In this document: piece after piece, positions 10,139 through 20,151 of the stretch
How positions within the stretch are numbered: position 1 is the stretch's first letter
Layout of the letters: every line of letters begins with the position of its first letter
Virus record (IMG/VR): IMGVR_UViG_3300025676_000004
Location: 70,817 to 134,816 of that record
Source: a virus
Lineage: Duplodnaviria > Caudoviricetes
Direction: 5' to 3' (one strand)
DNA length: 64,000 nucleotides
Translations under genes and position numbers: made by a program
The notes under the pieces: generated by a model
What the model was told of the DNA's origin: nothing
Databases searched by the model: none
What the model saw: the letters and a program-made list of their open reading frames with translations, nothing else

Positions 10139-10772
10139 AGATGTACGGATAGATTGGATTACTGTTGAACTTGCCAAGGAAAGACATCACAGAATGTCTG
10201 TGTTGTTTGATACATTTGGTTTCAGCAACACAAATCAAATTAATGGTAGACTAGTCGATAAATCAAATAAAACATTTATAGAAATCCAAAAACTAAAGAG
10301 TCACGCAGTTGCAGAAACCCACGAACAAGCACTCGGACAGAAGGGTGAGGTGTTGATTCTTGAAGATGATGTCTGGTTCACAGAGGCAATGGTGCCAATT
10401 ATTAATAACATTCCTTCTGATGCTGATGCAGTGTATTTGGGTACTTCTGTATACGGAATGGTGAATGGTATATCCACACCAAATGGTACACAATATAAAA
10501 AAATAGATGATAATTGGGATAAGCCACTCAATATGTTAGGCATTCACGCAGTATTATATTTAACAGAATCATATAAACAAAAGGCCATTGAAAATCTTTT
10601 AGGTGCAAAAGATAATGGAATGTATTGTGATGAACCTATCGCAATAGATATGAAAAACCATAATGTATATTCTTGTGTTGTTCCGATGCTATATCAAAAT
10701 GATGGACATAACAACAATGTAACTAGAATACCTTTACGACAAATGCAGATACCTGTAAGGGGTGGACAATGA
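10125..10772 (+). CDS. Glycosyltransferase, GT25-like
   Basis: VLILEDD, DADAVYLG, MLGIHAVLY. Confidence 0.7.
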   Translation: MDLRKDVRIDWITVELAKERHHRMSVLFDTFGFSNTNQINGRLVDKSNKTFIEIQKLKSHAVAETHEQALGQKGEVLILEDDVWFTEAMVPIINNIPSDADAVYLGTSVYGMVNGISTPNGTQYKKIDDNWDKPLNMLGIHAVLYLTESYKQKAIENLLGAKDNGMYCDEPIAIDMKNHNVYSCVVPMLYQNDGHNNNVTRIPLRQMQIPVRGGQ

Positions 10773-11407
10773 AAGTAGTGGCATATAGTTTATGGGGAGA
10801 AGACCCAAAATATACAGTAGGTGCAATAAAGAATGCACAAGGAATTTGTGAATTATATCCAGAATGGATTGGAAGATTTTATTGTGGACAAAGTGTTCCT
10901 TCTGAAATTATTAAAGAATTAAAGCAAACTCCAAATACAGAAGTTATATTGATGGATGAAGATGGAGATTGGACAGGGATGTTTTGGCGATTCCTTTCAG
11001 CAGATAGTGATGATGTTATGTTATCGAGGGATACAGATTCACGAATCACACAACGAGAAGTGGATGCTGTATCTGAATGGTTGGAATCAGATAAAGATTT
11101 TCATATTATGCGTGACCATCCATACCACGGAACACAAATTCTTGGTGGGATGTGGGGATGCAGAAACGGAATATTAAAAGGTATAAGTGAATGGATGGAA
11201 AAATACACCAAAGGAGATTTTTGGCAAGTAGACCAGAACTTCTTAAGGGAGATGATATATCCAAAAATACAAAACAACACTTTTGTACACGATGAATTTT
11301 TTGAGAAGAAACCATTTCCAACAAAAAGAAAACCAAGAGAGTTTGTAGGTCAGGCATTTAATGAGGATAACAGTGAGTGCGAAACAAAGCACGGAGATAT
11401 GGTTTGA
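10769..11407 (+). CDS. Putative glycosyltransferase (GT-A fold)
   Basis: AYSLWG..PKY..GA, MFWRF, SRDTDSR, HIMRDHPYH, DQNFL. Confidence 0.65.
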   Translation: MKVVAYSLWGEDPKYTVGAIKNAQGICELYPEWIGRFYCGQSVPSEIIKELKQTPNTEVILMDEDGDWTGMFWRFLSADSDDVMLSRDTDSRITQREVDAVSEWLESDKDFHIMRDHPYHGTQILGGMWGCRNGILKGISEWMEKYTKGDFWQVDQNFLREMIYPKIQNNTFVHDEFFEKKPFPTKRKPREFVGQAFNEDNSECETKHGDMV

Positions 11408-12234
11408 GAATATTATTAATCCAAGAAAATGGAAGACACGAAGAGAATAGAAACTACAGAGAATGTTTTTCGTTGCAAAGGTCGTTTGAAAAGTTTGGAA
11501 ATGACTGTGATGTGTGGGGATTTGGACACGACAACTTTGATGTTGTTCCTGATTGGGAATCTTATGATTGGATTATTAATTTAGAAAATTATGATAGCAC
11601 TGGATGGGTGCCTGATTTGTCTGGTGTAAAGAATCCAAAGAAGTTTTTGTGGAGTATCGATGCACATTGCAGGGGAGAGGCAATTTACGAAAATACTTTT
11701 AGAATAGGCAATTATGATATTCTCTTACATTCCACGAAAGACTTTGTAAAACAAAAATACCATCGTTGGTTTCCGAATGCATTCGATGATTCATTAATAA
11801 AACCATTGGACATCGAAACAAAATACGAATTGGGTTTCTGTGGAAACTATGTAAACAGAAAACCAATTCTGGAATGGTTAGAACAGAATCACGGACTACA
11901 TCTGGACATATTCGTAATCGGTGATGCTATGGTAGAAGCAGTCAATTCTTATAAATGTCAATTTAATCTTAATATTGGAAACGATATAAACTATAGGTCG
12001 TTTGAAACTATAGGTTGTGGTACACTTCTTCTTACGAACCACAACTATCAGTATGAAGAACTTGGTTTTGTTGATGGTAAAAATTGCCTAATGTACAAAA
12101 ATCAAAATGAACTAGAAGAAAAAATTCAGTTCATCAAAACTAATAATGTTGAAGAAATTGCAAACAAAGGTTTTGAACTTTCTTTGAATAACACATATAA
12201 TAATAGAGTAGAAGAACTACTAAGAAATGAATAA
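11404..12234 (+). CDS. Glycosyltransferase, GT-B (CgeB-like)
   Basis: GFCG, INYRSFETIGCGTLLLT; TTG start overlapping the previous stop, GGAG RBS. Confidence 0.75.
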   Translation: MRILLIQENGRHEENRNYRECFSLQRSFEKFGNDCDVWGFGHDNFDVVPDWESYDWIINLENYDSTGWVPDLSGVKNPKKFLWSIDAHCRGEAIYENTFRIGNYDILLHSTKDFVKQKYHRWFPNAFDDSLIKPLDIETKYELGFCGNYVNRKPILEWLEQNHGLHLDIFVIGDAMVEAVNSYKCQFNLNIGNDINYRSFETIGCGTLLLTNHNYQYEELGFVDGKNCLMYKNQNELEEKIQFIKTNNVEEIANKGFELSLNNTYNNRVEELLRNE

Positions 12235-13030
12235 AATGACTGCTTTAAGTATTTCAACAAAAGATGCCATATCTCTCATAAAGGATAAAGGACTGAAGAC
12301 TATACAAAATAGTTGGCACTTTAATTACAATATTGAAATATTTTATGAGAAGTGTGGACTTCTCTATGATAAAATAAATGAAATTGTTTATTTAGACTAT
12401 AAAAACTTATTGGGACCTTGGAGTCCTCTACCAATTTGGACACTGGATGGGAACGCAATTCCGTTGCACTATAGTCTTCAAGAAATCGACATCACCCCCA
12501 ATGAAGATACTTTCTATTTTTGGAGAACTATAACGAATAATTTCGATGATTATTTAAATATAAGAACAAAAAGAGCGAAGAAGCAGAATCATTTCCCCAC
12601 AATTTCTAGTTATAACAAACTAAAAAATAATGAAAATATTAGATTAATGATTTTTGATTTTAATTTGAAGAATTATAGTGAAATCGAAAGAAACCAAAAG
12701 GCAGACTGGCACGCGGGTGCGGCCACATACTTACAGCACCCAGGCGTTGGTTGGTCTAGTTCTCCAGAAGAATGGAAAAAAATGGCATATCTGTATCACG
12801 AAGATGAAGTTGTTGCAACGGCTCCCATATTAGTTGATAATAATAGCATTTCCTTATTAAACACTACTGCAAAAAGAACAAAGTATTCGTATGGAGTTAT
12901 TCTTTGTTGTGAAATCATTAAATGGTGTTGTGAAAATGGAAAAATGTCTTTTGATTGTGGTATATCAAAAGATAGGGGTTGCTATAAGCAAAAATCTTTT
13001 TTAGATTGTATTGGGGTTTATGGAAAATAA
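12227..13030 (+). CDS. Putative GNAT-family acyltransferase
   Basis: C-terminal YSYG..L..EIIKWCCENG...FDCG....YK pattern. Confidence 0.55.
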   Translation: MNKMTALSISTKDAISLIKDKGLKTIQNSWHFNYNIEIFYEKCGLLYDKINEIVYLDYKNLLGPWSPLPIWTLDGNAIPLHYSLQEIDITPNEDTFYFWRTITNNFDDYLNIRTKRAKKQNHFPTISSYNKLKNNENIRLMIFDFNLKNYSEIERNQKADWHAGAATYLQHPGVGWSSSPEEWKKMAYLYHEDEVVATAPILVDNNSISLLNTTAKRTKYSYGVILCCEIIKWCCENGKMSFDCGISKDRGCYKQKSFLDCIGVYGK

Positions 13031-13577
13031 AAAATTAGACAATCTTGATTTGGAATGGGTGAATTGTGCTTCAGGTGACGGTACTTGGTATGCCAATTCT
13101 GCAAATAATCATTTTTTGGATATCGTTTCAAACATCACCAACACGAACAAAATGAATTTTCTTGATATTGGATGCGGTAAGGGTGGAGTCATATTTTTGG
13201 CATCTGATATATTCAATAATGCTATTGGGGTAGAGAGAAATAAAAAATGTTATGAGGTTTGTTTGGACAATCTAAAGGAATTAAAAAATTGTAAAATCTA
13301 CAACTTAGATGCTAATGATTTTAACGATTATGAAAATATTGATTTCGTTTATATGTACAATCCATTTGGTAACAAAACAATGAAGAGTGTTTTGGACAAC
13401 ATAAACAAATCTCGTATTAATAAACCAAGAGATATTCTCATATTATACAAAAATCCAATAGAAAATGATTTATTATTGGAAAATGGGTTTGTTTGCATTT
13501 CGACTCATAACGACCATACAAGAGAAGACAATATGGTTAGTAAATTATACAAAAAGGATTATGGAAATGTTAGTTAG
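13020..13577 (+). CDS. Class I SAM-dependent methyltransferase
   Basis: FLDIGCGKG, GVE, YMYNPF. Confidence 0.85.
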   Translation: MENKKLDNLDLEWVNCASGDGTWYANSANNHFLDIVSNITNTNKMNFLDIGCGKGGVIFLASDIFNNAIGVERNKKCYEVCLDNLKELKNCKIYNLDANDFNDYENIDFVYMYNPFGNKTMKSVLDNINKSRINKPRDILILYKNPIENDLLLENGFVCISTHNDHTREDNMVSKLYKKDYGNVS

Positions 13578-14259
13578 AGTTGATGATTTCCCTCACCTGT
13601 CCCCAAAAGAGTTTCACGGTCATTTGTATTTTGATGATTATAAAGAAAAGGCATTACAATGGATTCTTCCGTTTGAGAAACATAAAATAGATTACATCTT
13701 GGGCGTGACTCCGCTACTAATAGACGAATCAGATATCGAATTTTTAAATGAACATATAAAACACGGAAGAATAGTTATGCACGGGTTTGACCATTCTTTT
13801 GCTTCTTGGAAAATATTACAATCGCTAAACATACCAATAACATCAACTTGGAACAATGGTGGAGAATTTGTAAATTGGAATAGAAAAGAATTGTCAATTA
13901 GATATAACCTCTGCAACAAATATATGAAAGACATATTGCGGTATGATGAAAATCATTTCATACCCCCATTTAATGCCATAACACAAAATCTTTTGGATTT
14001 TCTAAACGAAGAAACAAAAGTAAGTACAATACACGACACTTCTATATGTAACGAACAACAAAACCACAATAGATTCAATTATGGGAATCTAAATAATATG
14101 ATTGCCATATCAAACAAAGAATCAGCAGACATAAAAACAGTTATCAACAACCTAACAAAAAAAACAAAATATATTGTTTTGCATTGGATTTTTGACTATC
14201 AAAATTTAGATGACTATGGTACACTAGCAGAACACATAAGGAAAATAAATGATGAATAA
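13567..14259 (+). CDS. Polysaccharide deacetylase-like protein (DUF2334-type)
   Basis: RVDD, GVTP, MHGFDH, FIPPFN, HW. Confidence 0.7.
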   Translation: MLVRVDDFPHLSPKEFHGHLYFDDYKEKALQWILPFEKHKIDYILGVTPLLIDESDIEFLNEHIKHGRIVMHGFDHSFASWKILQSLNIPITSTWNNGGEFVNWNRKELSIRYNLCNKYMKDILRYDENHFIPPFNAITQNLLDFLNEETKVSTIHDTSICNEQQNHNRFNYGNLNNMIAISNKESADIKTVINNLTKKTKYIVLHWIFDYQNLDDYGTLAEHIRKINDE

Positions 14260-14845
14260 TTTTTTAATAACGCAAGGTTCTTGTGGAACATATGCACTAA
14301 AATATTGTATGGGAGAGTATTTTAATTATGGATATAAAATACCTTGGAACACACATTCCAACAACCCAAACACACCACCCAAAGATTCCAGAGTTGTTTA
14401 TTTATTTGCAAATCCATATGACACAATATTGTCGTATTTTAGAAGAGATAAAGTGGAGTTTAATTGTAATGGTGGTTTTTTGTTTCCACACACTACCAAT
14501 ATCGGTGGAGATGTTGACTATTTTAAAAATCCTGAAAATAGAATAATTGAAAATTTTCTAAAGGATGAGTATGACCCTTTCTTTTTAAGAGAGCATTATG
14601 ATAAATGGGCAACCTACAATGAAAGAAATTATGATTTGGTGATGATGCGATATGAAGAACTGAGTGAAAATGGTGTATCTTCATTTATAGATTATTGGGA
14701 CTTACCAAAAAATTTAGAGTTTAAATTTAGAAAAAGAAGTAGTGATTGGCAGAACGAACCACAAGAAATACAAGATAGATTAAAACAAAAATATGGAGAA
14801 TATTTTGATGCATATCATTCTCTCCCACTGGTATCGATAGGATAA
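14249..14845 (+). CDS. Putative sulfotransferase-fold protein
   Basis: GSCGT 5'-PSB-like loop, VVYLFANPYDTILS 3'-PB-like motif, RYEEL. Confidence 0.55.
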   Translation: MMNNFLITQGSCGTYALKYCMGEYFNYGYKIPWNTHSNNPNTPPKDSRVVYLFANPYDTILSYFRRDKVEFNCNGGFLFPHTTNIGGDVDYFKNPENRIIENFLKDEYDPFFLREHYDKWATYNERNYDLVMMRYEELSENGVSSFIDYWDLPKNLEFKFRKRSSDWQNEPQEIQDRLKQKYGEYFDAYHSLPLVSIG

Positions 14846-14848
14846 ACA

Positions 14849-15481
14849 ATGATGAATAAATTACAAGAACTTGCGGGTAAATACGGAACAGACAAAACAA
14901 AAGATTGTCATACATTTGCTAATAAAAACTATATGCACAGATATGAATACTTGTTCTCGCCCATAAGAGAGGAAGTAGAATACTTTCTAGAAATAGGTGT
15001 TTATGGTGGATGTTCTCTTAGAGTTTGGGAAGAATATTTTCCAAATGCAAAAATTTTAGGGCTGGATATAAATCCTACCGCGAAAGTATTTGAAACTGAT
15101 AGAATCAAAATATTTATAGGCTCACAAGATGACCCCGATACATTGGATGCTGTCATAGAAGAATGTGGTGGTAAGTTAAATGCCGTCATTGATGATGGTA
15201 GTCACTTAGTGGAACATATGATATCATCCTTTGAATATTTATTCCCCAGTGTTACAGAAAAAGGGCATTACATTATAGAAGATACTTCCACCACCTATCG
15301 TGATTTGACAGCAGAATCTCAAGGTTGGCCTGGAATGCACTTAAATAATTGTTCTCACACAAATGATAGAATTAAATTTAACGAGTGGTTGTTGAACAAA
15401 CTAGAAGAAATAGACCACAAAACTGGCACAATAGATAGTATTGGTTTATATCACCAACAAGTAGCGTTTAGGAAAATTTGA
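14849..15481 (+). CDS. Sugar O-methyltransferase (MycE/TylE-like)
   Basis: YGTDK, LEIGV..G.SL, GSQDD, IDDGSH, YIIED. Confidence 0.8.
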   Translation: MMNKLQELAGKYGTDKTKDCHTFANKNYMHRYEYLFSPIREEVEYFLEIGVYGGCSLRVWEEYFPNAKILGLDINPTAKVFETDRIKIFIGSQDDPDTLDAVIEECGGKLNAVIDDGSHLVEHMISSFEYLFPSVTEKGHYIIEDTSTTYRDLTAESQGWPGMHLNNCSHTNDRIKFNEWLLNKLEEIDHKTGTIDSIGLYHQQVAFRKI

Positions 15482-16429
15482 ATGAAATATATCGTAACAG
15501 GCGGAGCAGGATTCATCGGTTCACATATAGTGGATAGGTTGGTGGATGATGGAAATGAAGTTATAATAATTGATAATGAATCAGCAGAATCACACGACCA
15601 ATTCTACCATAACAATTCCGCAAAATACTACAAATATGATATATGTGATTATGATATTATTGCTCCTTTATTTGAAGATGTGGATACTGTTTTTCATCTG
15701 GCGGCAGAATCAAGAATTCAACCAACCATTATCAATCCAACACAAGCAGTAAAAACAAATACATTTGGTACTTGCAATGTACTACAAACATCCAGAGAGA
15801 ATAATGTAAGAAGGTTTGTGTATTCTTCCACTGCTTCTGCATACGGAACAAAAAATTCTATACCAAATAAAGAAACACAAATTGAAAACTGTCTAAACCC
15901 ATATTCAGTATCGAAGGTATCGGGGGAAAAATTATGTACAATGTACTATGAATTATATGGATTAGAAACTATAATGTTTAGATATTTTAATGTATATGGT
16001 GAACGACAACCAATTCGTGGACAATATGCTCCAGTGGTAGGCAAGTTTATAGAGCAAAATTTAATAGAATCACCATTAACCATTGTTGGTGACGGAAAAC
16101 AAAAAAGAGATTTTGTAAATGTGAAAGATGTGGTTGAAGCAAATATACTAGCATCAACGGTGCAGTTAGATGAATTGTTTCAAATAGAAAACAATAGATA
16201 TGAGCGTGTTGATTATGGAGAAGTTATCAATATAGGAACTGGAAAAAACCACACTATAAAAGAAATTGCAACAATGATTTCTGATTATCATATAAACATA
16301 GAAGAGAGAAGTGGGGAATTACAAGAATCTTTATCTTGTATAAATAAAGCAAAGAGTGTTTTAAACTGGACTCCAAAGGTGAAACTAGAAGATTGGATTC
16401 AATCCCAACAAAAGGAAATTAAATTATGA
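15482..16429 (+). CDS. NAD-dependent nucleotide-sugar epimerase/dehydratase
   Basis: TGGAGFIGSH, YSVSK, RYFNVYG, RDFV. Confidence 0.92.
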   Translation: MKYIVTGGAGFIGSHIVDRLVDDGNEVIIIDNESAESHDQFYHNNSAKYYKYDICDYDIIAPLFEDVDTVFHLAAESRIQPTIINPTQAVKTNTFGTCNVLQTSRENNVRRFVYSSTASAYGTKNSIPNKETQIENCLNPYSVSKVSGEKLCTMYYELYGLETIMFRYFNVYGERQPIRGQYAPVVGKFIEQNLIESPLTIVGDGKQKRDFVNVKDVVEANILASTVQLDELFQIENNRYERVDYGEVINIGTGKNHTIKEIATMISDYHINIEERSGELQESLSCINKAKSVLNWTPKVKLEDWIQSQQKEIKL

Positions 16430-17754
16430 GCAAACCAACAGTAACATTGTGTATGATTGTGAAAGACGAGGAGCATATCATTCTTGAATGCTTGGAATCT
16501 ATGCACACACAAATCGACAGATACGATATTACCGATACAGGTTCTACCGACAATACAAAGAAAATCATCACAGATTTCTTTGAGGAAAAAGGAATTCCTG
16601 GCGAAATCCACGACCATGAATGGGATGGATTTGGTAAGTCACGAACACAATCATTGCGTAATTGCGATGGTAAAGCAGACTATGCTTGGGTGATTGATGC
16701 AGATGATACACTTCAAGGCACATTCAACTTTCCAGAAGATTTACTTCTTGATTCATATTCATTAAAAATCAAGCGAGGTGACTTCACTTGGTGGAGAAAT
16801 CAAATCTTCAAGACAGATTCTAATTGGGTGTATACAGGAGTCCTTCACGAATTTGCTGAGTGTCCAGATAAACAAGCAGACGGTTCTCTCCGACAAGGAA
16901 GAATTGGAACAGAGGGATATCACATCGAAGCACGAACACTCGGTGCAAGAAATGTTGGTATTGACCCCATAGACAAATACAAGAAAGATGCAGAAGTATT
17001 TCTTAGTTGCTTGACAAATGAAGACGACCAAAACTACGAACCAGAAAACACACGATATCTTTTCTATCTTGCTCAATCATATTTCGATTCAAAGCAATTT
17101 GATTTGGCAAAAGAATGGTATATGAAACGAGCAGAAGCAGGTGGTTGGGAAGAAGAAGTATTTTACTCATTGTTCCGTACTGCTATTTGTAGTAGTATCA
17201 CACAAGAACCTTGGGAAAAGACAATGCAATATTTCCTTAGTGCTTGGAACTATCGACCAGTTCGTGCAGAACCACTATATCAAATTGCACGAATCTATCG
17301 TTTGTCTGGACACCCAAGACTCGGTTATCTTTTTGCCAAACAAGCACAGTCGATTCCTTACCCACATCAAGATATTTTATTCCTTGCGAATGAAGTTTGG
17401 GATTGGCAAGTTCTTGACGAGATTGGTTCTTGTGCGTTCTATGCGGGACAATTTGAAGATGGATATAATGCTTGTATGCAACTACTCAAGGAAAATAAAT
17501 TTCCTGAAGGTGAACGACAACGCATTATGAATAACCTTGAACAATATCAAATAAAGATGCAAGAGATTCAACAGATGCAACAAGAGCAGGTTAAAAAGAA
17601 CGAAAAAATAAATGCTGAGATTGAACAAGTCCGTTCTGAAAGACTCGCCAAAGAGAAAGAAGAACGAGCAGTTAAGGTTGCTGTTCAAAATAAAAATAAA
17701 GCAAAAGCACAAAAAGATAAAAAGAAACGAACCAAGAAAAAGCAAAAGGCATAG
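16426..17754 (+). CDS. GT2 glycosyltransferase with TPR repeats
   Basis: LCMIVKDE, DTGSTD, IDADD, GVLHE, then TPR-like FYLAQSY repeats and a basic coiled tail. Confidence 0.88.
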   Translation: MSKPTVTLCMIVKDEEHIILECLESMHTQIDRYDITDTGSTDNTKKIITDFFEEKGIPGEIHDHEWDGFGKSRTQSLRNCDGKADYAWVIDADDTLQGTFNFPEDLLLDSYSLKIKRGDFTWWRNQIFKTDSNWVYTGVLHEFAECPDKQADGSLRQGRIGTEGYHIEARTLGARNVGIDPIDKYKKDAEVFLSCLTNEDDQNYEPENTRYLFYLAQSYFDSKQFDLAKEWYMKRAEAGGWEEEVFYSLFRTAICSSITQEPWEKTMQYFLSAWNYRPVRAEPLYQIARIYRLSGHPRLGYLFAKQAQSIPYPHQDILFLANEVWDWQVLDEIGSCAFYAGQFEDGYNACMQLLKENKFPEGERQRIMNNLEQYQIKMQEIQQMQQEQVKKNEKINAEIEQVRSERLAKEKEERAVKVAVQNKNKAKAQKDKKKRTKKKQKA

Positions 17755-17761
17755 ATATATT

Positions 17762-18190
17762 ATGAAAGCAGGAAACTACGACATATCGTTAGACCAAGGT
17801 TCTACCTTCGTTTTTCACTTAACCTACCAAGACTCTAGTGGGACTGCTATCGACTTGTCAAGTTATACCGCATCAATGCAGGTACGCCGTTCCACAACTG
17901 ACCCAGACATCCTTCTTGATATTTCAAGTGCTGGCGGTGTTACTGGTGGTGGAAGCACAGGAGAATATAGTTCAGGTGGTGGTTCAGCAGGAGTCGGGGG
18001 TATGACACTTAATGCTTCTGTCGTTGGCGCCGCAGGAACAACAGGTGGTATCTATATTAAAATTGATGCAGACACAATGAAGAATGTACCACACGGAAAA
18101 CATCGTTACGATTTTGAATTAACAAATTCTGGAACGGTAGATAAAATTCTAAATGGCAGGTTTGAAGTTGATGCAGAGGTAACAAGATGA
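17762..18190 (+). CDS. Putative virion structural protein (Ig-like, baseplate/tail-type)
   Basis: YDISLDQGSTF, DLSSYTASMQVR, YDFEL, ILNGRFEV; late-like TAGATATA upstream. Confidence 0.65.
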   Translation: MKAGNYDISLDQGSTFVFHLTYQDSSGTAIDLSSYTASMQVRRSTTDPDILLDISSAGGVTGGGSTGEYSSGGGSAGVGGMTLNASVVGAAGTTGGIYIKIDADTMKNVPHGKHRYDFELTNSGTVDKILNGRFEVDAEVTR

Positions 18191-18297
18191 AAATTGTTGT
18201 AAGAGAACAACTACCACCAAAAATTACAGTATCTTCAAAGAATAGTATTGTAATCAAACAGAAAGATGATAGAATACTTGTAATCAAAACTGTTTAA
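18187..18297 (+). CDS. Small hypothetical protein (36 aa)
   Basis: ATGA overlap with the upstream stop. Confidence 0.4.
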   Translation: MKIVVREQLPPKITVSSKNSIVIKQKDDRILVIKTV

Positions 18298-18317
18298 CTT
18301 AGTGAATATGGTATAGA

Positions 18318-18803
18318 ATGAATTACAACAACATCGTTGAAGATATTATAAAAGCATCAGAGTCAGCAAGAAAAATTGGTATTACTAATATTCTTCAACC
18401 TGGTCTTGTTAAAGAAATGATAATTGCGGATATACTAAACCACAAAATCATTCTTACCAAGCACGATGCTGATGCACATCACCCAAACGACCCAACAGAA
18501 AAATATGAATACCTCTCCTGTAAAGAAGGTGGCAGTGGTCAACTTGACAGAATGTTCAAGACACCAATAGATAAACGAGAAAAGTCTCTCGACAGAATCT
18601 CAAGAAACTCTATGATATACTATGCAGTATTCTACAAATCAAACCAAATTAAGTGTAAAGTAATATACAAAATAGAACCATCAATTATGCTTCAAGAAGC
18701 AAATAGGCAATTGGATGCAAGTTCAAATGATATTGCCCATTTAGGATTTTCCATTTCTTGGGTAAAAAAGAATGGTACGGTTGTATATGAAGATGTTGTT
18801 TAA
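18318..18803 (+). CDS. PvuII-like restriction-endonuclease-fold protein
   Basis: Colinear by eye with recalled R.PvuII: GITNILQ~GINDIFQ, DA...EYLS~DA...ELKS, IYKIEP~IYRLEP, WVKKNGTVVY~YVMEHGTKIY; similar length. Confidence 0.65.
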   Translation: MNYNNIVEDIIKASESARKIGITNILQPGLVKEMIIADILNHKIILTKHDADAHHPNDPTEKYEYLSCKEGGSGQLDRMFKTPIDKREKSLDRISRNSMIYYAVFYKSNQIKCKVIYKIEPSIMLQEANRQLDASSNDIAHLGFSISWVKKNGTVVYEDVV

Positions 18804-18820
18804 CCCATAAAGGATTTATT

Positions 18821-19354
18821 ATGAATACTAATTTAGATTGTTACCGTTTATATGATGATGCTACTCTACCAGAAAAAGCAACAGCAGGTTCTGCCTGCTT
18901 TGATATTTCTTCTTATCTAAGAGAAGATGTTCTTGTTACTGTTTATGATATGAGTAATGCTAAAATAGAACGAACACCAGAATACCATACAATTGATGGA
19001 AAAGAAAAACTCTGTTTGCGACTCGACCCTGCTGATAGGGTATTAGTTCCGACAGGAATCATATTCAAAATCCCTTTTGGTTATTCTATGAGATTACATA
19101 CTCGTTCAAGTGTTTCTCTGAAGAAGGGAATTATTATGCCAAACGGTGAAGGTATTATTGACAGTGATTATTATCATCAAACTTATGTGATGCTATTGAA
19201 TGCATCTGCCGATACTGCTTATATTTCAGACAAAGAACGAATCGCCCAAGGTGAATTGGTACAAACAGAATATTATACTATTGAAGAAACACTCCAAAAA
19301 CCAGAACAAGTGACCGAACGAGCAGGCGGTTTTGGAAGTACAGGAGTTAATTGA
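18821..19354 (+). CDS. dut: dUTPase (trimeric)
   Basis: GSACFD, RSS, GIIDSDY, RIAQ, RAGGFGSTG. Confidence 0.95.
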   Translation: MNTNLDCYRLYDDATLPEKATAGSACFDISSYLREDVLVTVYDMSNAKIERTPEYHTIDGKEKLCLRLDPADRVLVPTGIIFKIPFGYSMRLHTRSSVSLKKGIIMPNGEGIIDSDYYHQTYVMLLNASADTAYISDKERIAQGELVQTEYYTIEETLQKPEQVTERAGGFGSTGVN

Positions 19355-19674
19355 TGAACAGACAAGAACTATTCAAATTGCACGGTGAACTATGCCAAAC
19401 GGCATTGGACATTATGAAAAAGAAAAATCACGACTATGCAGGACAGGGTGGCGAAACACCATTCGCCAATTTTACTCGGTCGGAAGCAATGGGCATATGT
19501 TCTACCGAACAAGGATTTTTGGTACGGATGTGTGATAAGTTGTCACGACTTTCTACTTTCGCCAGTGCGGGAGAACTCAAAGCAGATAACGAAAGTTATG
19601 AAGATGCCATTTTGGATATCATCAACTACTCTATACTTTTCTATGGATATGTTTCCACAAAAGAAAACAATTGA
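19351..19674 (+). CDS. Nucleotide-modification-associated domain protein (DUF1599-like)
   Basis: KKNHDYA, F.NF, RMCDKLSRL, ESYEDAILDIINY. Confidence 0.75.
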   Translation: MMNRQELFKLHGELCQTALDIMKKKNHDYAGQGGETPFANFTRSEAMGICSTEQGFLVRMCDKLSRLSTFASAGELKADNESYEDAILDIINYSILFYGYVSTKENN

Positions 19675-19698
19675 ATTTCCAGTAATATGTGGTATAAT
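19671..19698 (+). promoter_or_regulatory. Promoter TTGAAT-N16-TATAAT, ATG 6 nt downstream
   Basis: Hexamers with TG extension; ATG 19705 has no SD. Confidence 0.7.
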
Positions 19699-19704
19699 TT
19701 AAGT

Positions 19705-20151
19705 ATGAAAAACCCTATTCAGAAACATCATATTATCGCAACCGCAGTATGTGCCATTGTAGTATCCGCAAGTATTTTCACTGGTAAATGTGAAGCACAA
19801 ATTAGAAAGAAAAATCTGATGGATGCCATTTGTAATGTTGAATCAAACTGCGACTCGTCCAAAGTTGGCGACAACGGAGATTCGATTGGTGCATACCAAA
19901 TCCAATACGCATACTGGTTAGATGCAACAGAGTTTTCTGGTATCGGTGGAGAATACGAAGATGTTCTTGATGACGAATATGCACAACAGATTGTCCTTGC
20001 ATACTGGAACAGGTATGCTACAATGAAACGACTTGGACGAATCCCAACAGACGAAGACCGTGCGAGGATTCATAATGGTGGTCCTAACGGTTACAAGAAA
20101 ACAGCAACCGTAATATACTGGAACAATATCAAGAAAGAGTTGAATGACTGA
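19705..20151 (+). CDS. Invertebrate-type (destabilase-like) lysozyme with N-terminal hydrophobic signal
   Basis: AICNVES, G.YQI...YW.DA, ARIHNGGPNG. Confidence 0.8.
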   Translation: MKNPIQKHHIIATAVCAIVVSASIFTGKCEAQIRKKNLMDAICNVESNCDSSKVGDNGDSIGAYQIQYAYWLDATEFSGIGGEYEDVLDDEYAQQIVLAYWNRYATMKRLGRIPTDEDRARIHNGGPNGYKKTATVIYWNNIKKELND

